From: a virus
Direction: 5' to 3' (one strand)
Virus record (IMG/VR): IMGVR_UViG_3300009527_000006
Span: 28,026 to 92,025 of that record
DNA: 64,000 nucleotides
The position numbers and the translations under genes are program-made. A model generated the notes under the pieces. That model had not been told where the DNA came from and did no database searches. It was given only the letters and a program-made list of their open reading frames with translations. Shown here piece after piece: positions 58,768 through 64,000 of this stretch; the first letter of the stretch is position 1; the number at the start of each line of letters is the position of its first letter.

Positions 58768-59475
58768 ATGAGAATCGCAATTTGTTCTGTCCAATGTAAC
58801 GGTAAAACTACTTTAATTAATGCTATTAAAGAAAAATGGCCCATGTATAAGACTTTAGATTATACATACCGTGATGAAATTAGAGAAAATAAAATACCAG
58901 TAAATCTTCAAACAACTAGAGAATCTCAAAGACTAATTAGAGATGCTCTTTTTATGCAAGACACCGTAACCAAATCTCAAAAATATATTATTACTGATAG
59001 ATGTATATTAGATAATATAGTTTATTCTATGAGACTATTGGAAAATTCTCCTGAAGAAGACGGAGACGTAGATTTTATTTCCGAAAGTATTTTTCTTTGC
59101 AGAGAGGCAATAAAAAATTATGATGTTATATTTTGGTTGCCGTGGAATGATATGATAGATAGAACTGATTCTGAAAGAGAAATGCGAGAATTGGATGGAA
59201 TATTTGTTAAAGAAATTGAATCTCTTTATAAGAGCGTATACAACTCTTATGTTAGTGGACAGTGTATATTAGTAGACCCAGATGAACATCCGCCAATAAT
59301 TAAATTAAGCAGTAGAACTGTTGATGGAAAGATTGAAGAAATAGCACGTATAATAGATGATAAAGGAAATTTGAGAGGAACTTCTGGAGTTTTAGATAAT
59401 ATCGAAGAAGCCTATAAATCTCATACACTTCTTCAAGAATTCGGTCTTGTAAAAGAAGATAATACTGATAAATAA
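58768..59475 (+). CDS. NadR/thymidylate-kinase-like P-loop kinase
   Basis: 'SVQCNGKTT', 'ITDRCILD..VY', 'YDVIFWLP'. Confidence 0.75.
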   Translation: MRIAICSVQCNGKTTLINAIKEKWPMYKTLDYTYRDEIRENKIPVNLQTTRESQRLIRDALFMQDTVTKSQKYIITDRCILDNIVYSMRLLENSPEEDGDVDFISESIFLCREAIKNYDVIFWLPWNDMIDRTDSEREMRELDGIFVKEIESLYKSVYNSYVSGQCILVDPDEHPPIIKLSSRTVDGKIEEIARIIDDKGNLRGTSGVLDNIEEAYKSHTLLQEFGLVKEDNTDK

Positions 59476-59483
59476 ATCTAACT

Positions 59484-59681
59484 ATGAAATTTGATGGTGA
59501 TAGTAAAGTAATTTGGTGCAGTCGGAATAAAAAAGGTTGTAATTGTCCTACAATTGTTAAAAATTCTGAAGAAGAGTTTGTGATTACAGATGATTTTGGT
59601 GGGAGTATTAAACTAACACGCGATGATGTTAAGTATATGAAAGATACGTTCAAGGACGCAGTGGAGTCGCTGGGAGTGTAG
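59484..59681 (+). CDS. small hypothetical protein
   Basis: 'C..CNCP..ITDDFGGSIKL'. Confidence 0.55.
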   Translation: MKFDGDSKVIWCSRNKKGCNCPTIVKNSEEEFVITDDFGGSIKLTRDDVKYMKDTFKDAVESLGV

Positions 59682-59687
59682 TGTGAG

Positions 59688-59724
59688 AAAAAAAAAGGGC
59701 GGATAAAAATTATCCGCCCTTTTT
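59688..59724. terminator. bidirectional intrinsic terminator
   Basis: A-tract GGGCGGATAA-AAA-TTATCCGCCC T-tract between convergent genes. Confidence 0.85.
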
Positions 59725-59728
59725 TGTT

Positions 59729-60499
59729 TTATTTTATAATGCCTGCTTTTTCCATGACGTATTTTATAATACCGCTACGAACAATATCATTTTTATCTGC
59801 CATAGTAAAGTTATATATTCCATGCCCCCTAGATTCATCATCATTCATAAGATCAAAAAATTTAATGAATCCGCTTTTTTTACCAATGTCATTTTGAAAT
59901 GAATCACCCACAAGAAACATTTTACAATTTTCACCCATTCTAGTTACTAAAAGAAGAATGTCCTCAAATGAAAAATTAGAGGCTTCATCACAGATCATTA
60001 CGCAATTTGTTAAATTTCTGCCTCTAATAAACGCAGGTGCTAAAAATTCTACAGCTTTTTCATCTACTAGTCTTTTACTAACAGCACTATCTAAAAATTC
60101 ATCCAATTTTTCCAGCATAACAATGTTGAACATAGCAGTTTTACTTTCTACGTCTCCGGGAAGATAGCCTAATTTAGAAGTATTCGTTGACTCACACGGG
60201 GTTCTGATGTAATAGATTTTATCCGCACTTTCCGATTGGTAAAGTTTGAGAGCAGCCAATACTGCAAGATAGCTTTTGCCCGTTCCCCAGCGTCCATCTA
60301 CCATTACTATTTTGCTAGTAGAATCTACCATTTTTTCCATTATATTTCTCTGTTTTTCATTTAATTTATGAGGAGATTTTATGTGAAAATTAGAGACGCT
60401 TTTACTTAACGTATCACAAGAATATTCTTGTATATTATATTCAACCTCGAAACGATTTTTTCTTTTCGAGCCTTTTTTTGAGGATTGTTTTTTGGCCAT
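59729..60499 (-). CDS. phoH: PhoH-like ATPase
   Basis: 'GRWGTGKS', 'LGYLPGD', 'FIRGR', 'DEASN', 'TRMG', 'GD..Q.D', 'DIVRSG'. Confidence 0.93.
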   Translation of the reverse strand: MAKKQSSKKGSKRKNRFEVEYNIQEYSCDTLSKSVSNFHIKSPHKLNEKQRNIMEKMVDSTSKIVMVDGRWGTGKSYLAVLAALKLYQSESADKIYYIRTPCESTNTSKLGYLPGDVESKTAMFNIVMLEKLDEFLDSAVSKRLVDEKAVEFLAPAFIRGRNLTNCVMICDEASNFSFEDILLLVTRMGENCKMFLVGDSFQNDIGKKSGFIKFFDLMNDDESRGHGIYNFTMADKNDIVRSGIIKYVMEKAGIIK

Positions 60500-60535
60500 C
60501 CTATACTATATTTAATGATTTGTAAGTAAAGATAC

Positions 60536-61126
60536 ATGCGTTCATTTTCAAGTTATTTCAGACAATTATTAATAGAGATGCCAGCAAGAATAAGTTCATT
60601 TGGAACTAATAGATCATCAGAAAAACGTGCAGCTTTTGTTAATAATTCTTCAGCAGAAGCTAAAATGAAAGACTCGGAATTAGTTGATAAATTTTATATA
60701 GGCCAGAATGAGATAGATGTGCTAGAAAAAAGAATGACTGAAGAATGGGTAAGATATTTCTTTTTATCTGGCAAAGAAAAAATAGCATATTATGCAGGCT
60801 TTGTAAATGATGGACGCATTTTAACACAAATAATAGAGGCTAAAAAGGGATTTCTTCCGGGAAAGTCTTTGATGGCAGAAATCTATAAAAATTTTATTCT
60901 AAAAAGATATAATACAGTCATTTCTGATAGTGGATTGACCGCTAGCGGTTTACACTTTTGGAAAAATAATTTTCAGAATTTCAAAAATGCCGGATACTCT
61001 GTGGGTGCTTGTAAAATTGACAGTATTAATAATCTCAATATGCAAGACATGATTTTATTCAGTGATGTTTCACAATTTGACAAGTATTATGGACATAAAG
61101 AATGGCACTACTTTATAAGAAGATAG
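60536..61126 (+). CDS. hypothetical late protein
   Basis: 196 aa; TAAGTA 7 nt upstream. Confidence 0.55.
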   Translation: MRSFSSYFRQLLIEMPARISSFGTNRSSEKRAAFVNNSSAEAKMKDSELVDKFYIGQNEIDVLEKRMTEEWVRYFFLSGKEKIAYYAGFVNDGRILTQIIEAKKGFLPGKSLMAEIYKNFILKRYNTVISDSGLTASGLHFWKNNFQNFKNAGYSVGACKIDSINNLNMQDMILFSDVSQFDKYYGHKEWHYFIRR

Positions 61127-61907
61127 GTTGAAGAGCTGCTAATGATTTGTCAAGAGCCTCTTGTTTTTTGAGTTCATCATACAATTCCGGGAATTGGTTT
61201 GAAAATATCTCTACATTAAAATCTGCTTTAGGATACATTGTTTTTTCTCTTATTTCAAAAAAATTATTTAATTTAGAACTAGGATTTAGTTGTCCGACAT
61301 TTACAAAATCAAAATCATCTAGTATGACTACCTTTTGCTCGATATAATCACCATAAACATAGTAACAAGAAGTCTGTCCAACTACTTCTGTAAATAGAGC
61401 GCCTGCTGCGGGCGTATTTGGACCCAATGTTTTTAAGTGTCTATTATATGCTGCATATTCTCCTCTGGCACTAAAAGGATGTTTACCGTAGTAATGAGCA
61501 ATAATATCATGCACCCACCTAAGTTTTACATTAAAATCATTGTCGAATAGAGGATGGCCTTGTTTTTCGTAGTTTCCTTCTGGTCCGGGAAGTTCCGCAA
61601 ACACACTTACTTTAGGTTTCTTTTTGCCTGATTTTTTCTGATCATCTATAGATTTTACTAGATGTTTCATTGAGGTATAAGGATCTTTATGAACTGGGTC
61701 AAATTCAAATTTAGAGGATACGAAATCATACTGTCTGCTAAATTTTTTAATTAAATCGTTGAATGCTGGTATAGCTTTGAGGTCAAAACTTTCTGCTAAG
61801 ACATAATTAGCGGCAACTAATCTTTGATATACGCCGCCTTTATAATTTCCTTTAAGGGATAGTTTTTCATAAAGGATATTATTGAAATGTTCAGAGAAAG
61901 ATAGCAT
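61113..61907 (-). CDS. hypothetical late protein
   Basis: 'LRWVHDIIAH..FSARGEYAA..ALFTEVVGQ'; TAAATA 5 nt upstream. Confidence 0.6.
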   Translation of the reverse strand: MLSFSEHFNNILYEKLSLKGNYKGGVYQRLVAANYVLAESFDLKAIPAFNDLIKKFSRQYDFVSSKFEFDPVHKDPYTSMKHLVKSIDDQKKSGKKKPKVSVFAELPGPEGNYEKQGHPLFDNDFNVKLRWVHDIIAHYYGKHPFSARGEYAAYNRHLKTLGPNTPAAGALFTEVVGQTSCYYVYGDYIEQKVVILDDFDFVNVGQLNPSSKLNNFFEIREKTMYPKADFNVEIFSNQFPELYDELKKQEALDKSLAALQPIFL

Positions 61908-61915
61908 GAATTTAT

Positions 61916-62377
61916 TTATAAAATAGATTGTATATTTTTCTCAGTTAATAACTTGAATATATATCCTTTCTTATCGGCATAATTTTTAGCAGCTTCCCAT
62001 TTATCCTGATTAATAGACCACATCTGCTGTTCGTAAATTACGGTGCTTCTTTTTTTATTGCCTGTATTAGAACTAGGAGCTTTGCATTGCTTCTCTGGTT
62101 TGACCTCAAGAAGCCATGTTTCTAATTTACCATTTATTTCTACTATTACTGTGAAGTCCATAAAATAACGAGCATATCTTTTTTCTACAGATTTATAGTA
62201 AGGAATAATAGTATGTTCGCTTCCCCATTTCTTAACTATACTAGACTTGTCAAGAACTAGCATTACAGAAAGTTCTAATCCGCTACGATATATTATAGGT
62301 TTTTTACTCAGTAATTTATTTCCATTAACAGGTTTATATATTCCTTGTTTGAATTCTTTATACTGGGTTTTTTTCAT
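61916..62377 (-). CDS. head completion nuclease (gp4, TnsA-like)
   Basis: 'IYRSGLE', 'WGSE..IPY', 'YFMDF', 'EVKP.KQ', 'NQDKWEAA', 'LLTEK'. Confidence 0.9.
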   Translation of the reverse strand: MKKTQYKEFKQGIYKPVNGNKLLSKKPIIYRSGLELSVMLVLDKSSIVKKWGSEHTIIPYYKSVEKRYARYFMDFTVIVEINGKLETWLLEVKPEKQCKAPSSNTGNKKRSTVIYEQQMWSINQDKWEAAKNYADKKGYIFKLLTEKNIQSIL

Positions 62378-62606
62378 TACTAGAAAGAATACTTATTTGT
62401 GTCTCTTTTTCTTGAAGTTTGTCTTCTAATTTACTAATAGTATTATGGTTAAAATAATACGTTATTGCGCTAGATGCCACGGCCATAAAGGTAGGCGTAT
62501 CTATTAATTTCATGAAGAAACCTATTACTACTGCTAGAGAGAAAATAAAAGATATAATTGCTCTAGTTGTTATTTGAGTTAAGAATGTATTATTCTTTGC
62601 CATCAC
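62358..62606 (-). CDS. small 2-TM membrane protein (holin-like)
   Basis: Two hydrophobic helices and a charged tail. Confidence 0.45.
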   Translation of the reverse strand: MMAKNNTFLTQITTRAIISFIFSLAVVIGFFMKLIDTPTFMAVASSAITYYFNHNTISKLEDKLQEKETQISILSSNEKNPV

Positions 62607-62958
62607 TGTCTAATACTGCATGTAGTTCTTTTATTGCTTTTTCTAATTCTATATCTAAAGGCGAATTAGAAAGAAGATAAACAGTTTGCTCTGCTCCTAG
62701 TAGAGGTGAATATTTTTGGATAGTTTTCTTAACAGCATTAACTGCGTCTTTTACTAGAGGAAGATATTTCGTGAACACTTCTGATTTATTATTTTCCCCA
62801 AAGCTATCTTCTAAAAAATCTATTACATATAATGTTTTCAAGCAAACACCATAGGTTGCTTCAATAACCATGCGTATATTTTTAATATTGGATGCAATTT
62901 TATAAGCTATTTTAAGTTTATCTAGCATAACACTATTATTTACCAAAGATTTTAGCAA
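62590..62958 (-). CDS. hypothetical protein
   Basis: ~120-aa ORF in operon. Confidence 0.45.
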   Translation of the reverse strand: MLKSLVNNSVMLDKLKIAYKIASNIKNIRMVIEATYGVCLKTLYVIDFLEDSFGENNKSEVFTKYLPLVKDAVNAVKKTIQKYSPLLGAEQTVYLLSNSPLDIELEKAIKELHAVLDSDGKE

Positions 62959-63781
62959 GAGCTTCTTTTTTTATAAGTCTTATTTGCTTAACGTCTATGT
63001 GTTTAGAAAATTCTTTTTCTATTTCGTCTAATTTGGGATGGTCTGGTGTCCCATAAATTTCAGCCCATCCTAGATAGTAATTCCATACACGGTCATTAAG
63101 GCTGTTTATGTAAGGAGTTCCTGACGGTCTGCCGAAACGATGCAGCCATTTTAATTGAGGAATTGATATGCATTTTCCTCCGTTCATTCTGAATCTTTGA
63201 TGGATATACCATTCTTCGCCACCAAATCCTTTGAAATTTTCATTTATTTTAGGAAAATTGCTCTTTTTACATGCAAAAAGCCCCATACCAATCATAGGTA
63301 TCTCATAAGGATCTTTGATATTGACTTTATCAGTGTCAGTATGCCATTTTCCATACATGCACCCGCTCCATTCTTCTCTCCATTGAGTAGAAATATGGTC
63401 TAGAGAATCATAAATTAACGGTCCTTGAATGATATTATTGGTATTAGGATTTTTTTTGAAATAGTCAATTAAATGGCTCATTGCCCCGTCTGATAACAAT
63501 ACATGACAATCTACTCCTAAATAATAATCTCCTTTAGCATGTTTTAATATTTCATATTTGCTAAATGAACTAGTTTTTTCAGTGTAAGGCATATAGGTGC
63601 CTTTGATAGATTTTATATATTTCTCTACGGCCCTTCCGTATTTTGAAGTAGGATTATTGTCTAGAACAAAAAATTCAATATCGTGTTCTTTTAATATTGG
63701 ATGGTGCATCCTGAGAGATTGTATTGTAAAATACACTCCATCATAATCATCATATGTTGACATTCCTATAGTTAATTTCAT
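62936..63781 (-). CDS. family 2 glycosyltransferase
   Basis: 'IGMSTYDD', 'VLDNNP', 'VDCHV', 'GFGGEE'. Confidence 0.8.
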   Translation of the reverse strand: MKLTIGMSTYDDYDGVYFTIQSLRMHHPILKEHDIEFFVLDNNPTSKYGRAVEKYIKSIKGTYMPYTEKTSSFSKYEILKHAKGDYYLGVDCHVLLSDGAMSHLIDYFKKNPNTNNIIQGPLIYDSLDHISTQWREEWSGCMYGKWHTDTDKVNIKDPYEIPMIGMGLFACKKSNFPKINENFKGFGGEEWYIHQRFRMNGGKCISIPQLKWLHRFGRPSGTPYINSLNDRVWNYYLGWAEIYGTPDHPKLDEIEKEFSKHIDVKQIRLIKKEALAKIFGK

Positions 63782-63817
63782 AATTATTTTTTATTGATTT
63801 CTGCACCTTATTTTAAA

Positions 63818-64000
63818 TTACATAGGAGGTGGTTCCTCTGTTGTAGGAGGTGGTTCTGTTGTAGGAGGTGGTTCTGTTGTAGGTTCCTCTGTTGTAGTTG
63901 TAGTTGTAGGTTCCTCTGTTGTAGTTGTAGTTGTAGGTTCCTCTGTTGTAGTTGTAGTTGTAGGTTCCTCTGTTGTAGTTGTAGTAGGTTCCTCTGTTGT
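63818..64000 (-). CDS. 3' end of a Thr-rich repeat protein (TTEEP/TTTTT), truncated by window
   Basis: ~27-bp tandem repeats GGTTCCTCTGTTGTAGTTGTAGTTGTA; stop at 63818. Confidence 0.7.
   Translation of the reverse strand, partial: TTEEPTTTTTEEPTTTTTTEEPTTTTTTEEPTTTTTTEEPTTEPPPTTEPPPTTEEPPPM

Noticed and set aside
2417-63403. Numerous short antisense ORFs inside large core genes
   Set aside because: Opposite-strand shadows of well-supported genes, with no motifs.

Overview
AT-rich (~30% GC by eye) 64 kb segment of a large T4-like lytic phage. Left part: tail and baseplate genes (gp54/19-like, two gp26-like, tape-measure-like, gp48-like, gp53, hub, split gp5) and a GH46 endolysin. Middle and right: T4-type replication/recombination genes (clamp, gp32, gp41, UvsX, gp43, gp46/47, gp55, UvsW/Y, Dda), a 16-member tRNA/tRNA-like array, glycosyltransferases, dUTPase, PNK, PhoH and gp4. 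The main surprise lies between the gp32 block and the gp41 helicase (18974-26763). It is an integron-type gene-cassette array with 7 intact attC hairpins plus one decayed site, and no integrase is visible in the window. All six complete cassettes have matching R'/R'' ends. Five carry convergent, 3'-overlapping small ORF pairs, and in four of them the reverse gene sits behind the phage's own late-promoter-like TAARTA box at a fixed distance from the attC. One cassette is a GC-rich methyltransferase that takes its start and stop codons from attC sequence. Another is interrupted by a ~4 kb IS607/TnpB element carrying a DNA-methyltransferase cargo and a nested LAGLIDADG endonuclease. All calls come from reading motifs and synteny by eye; no searches were run.
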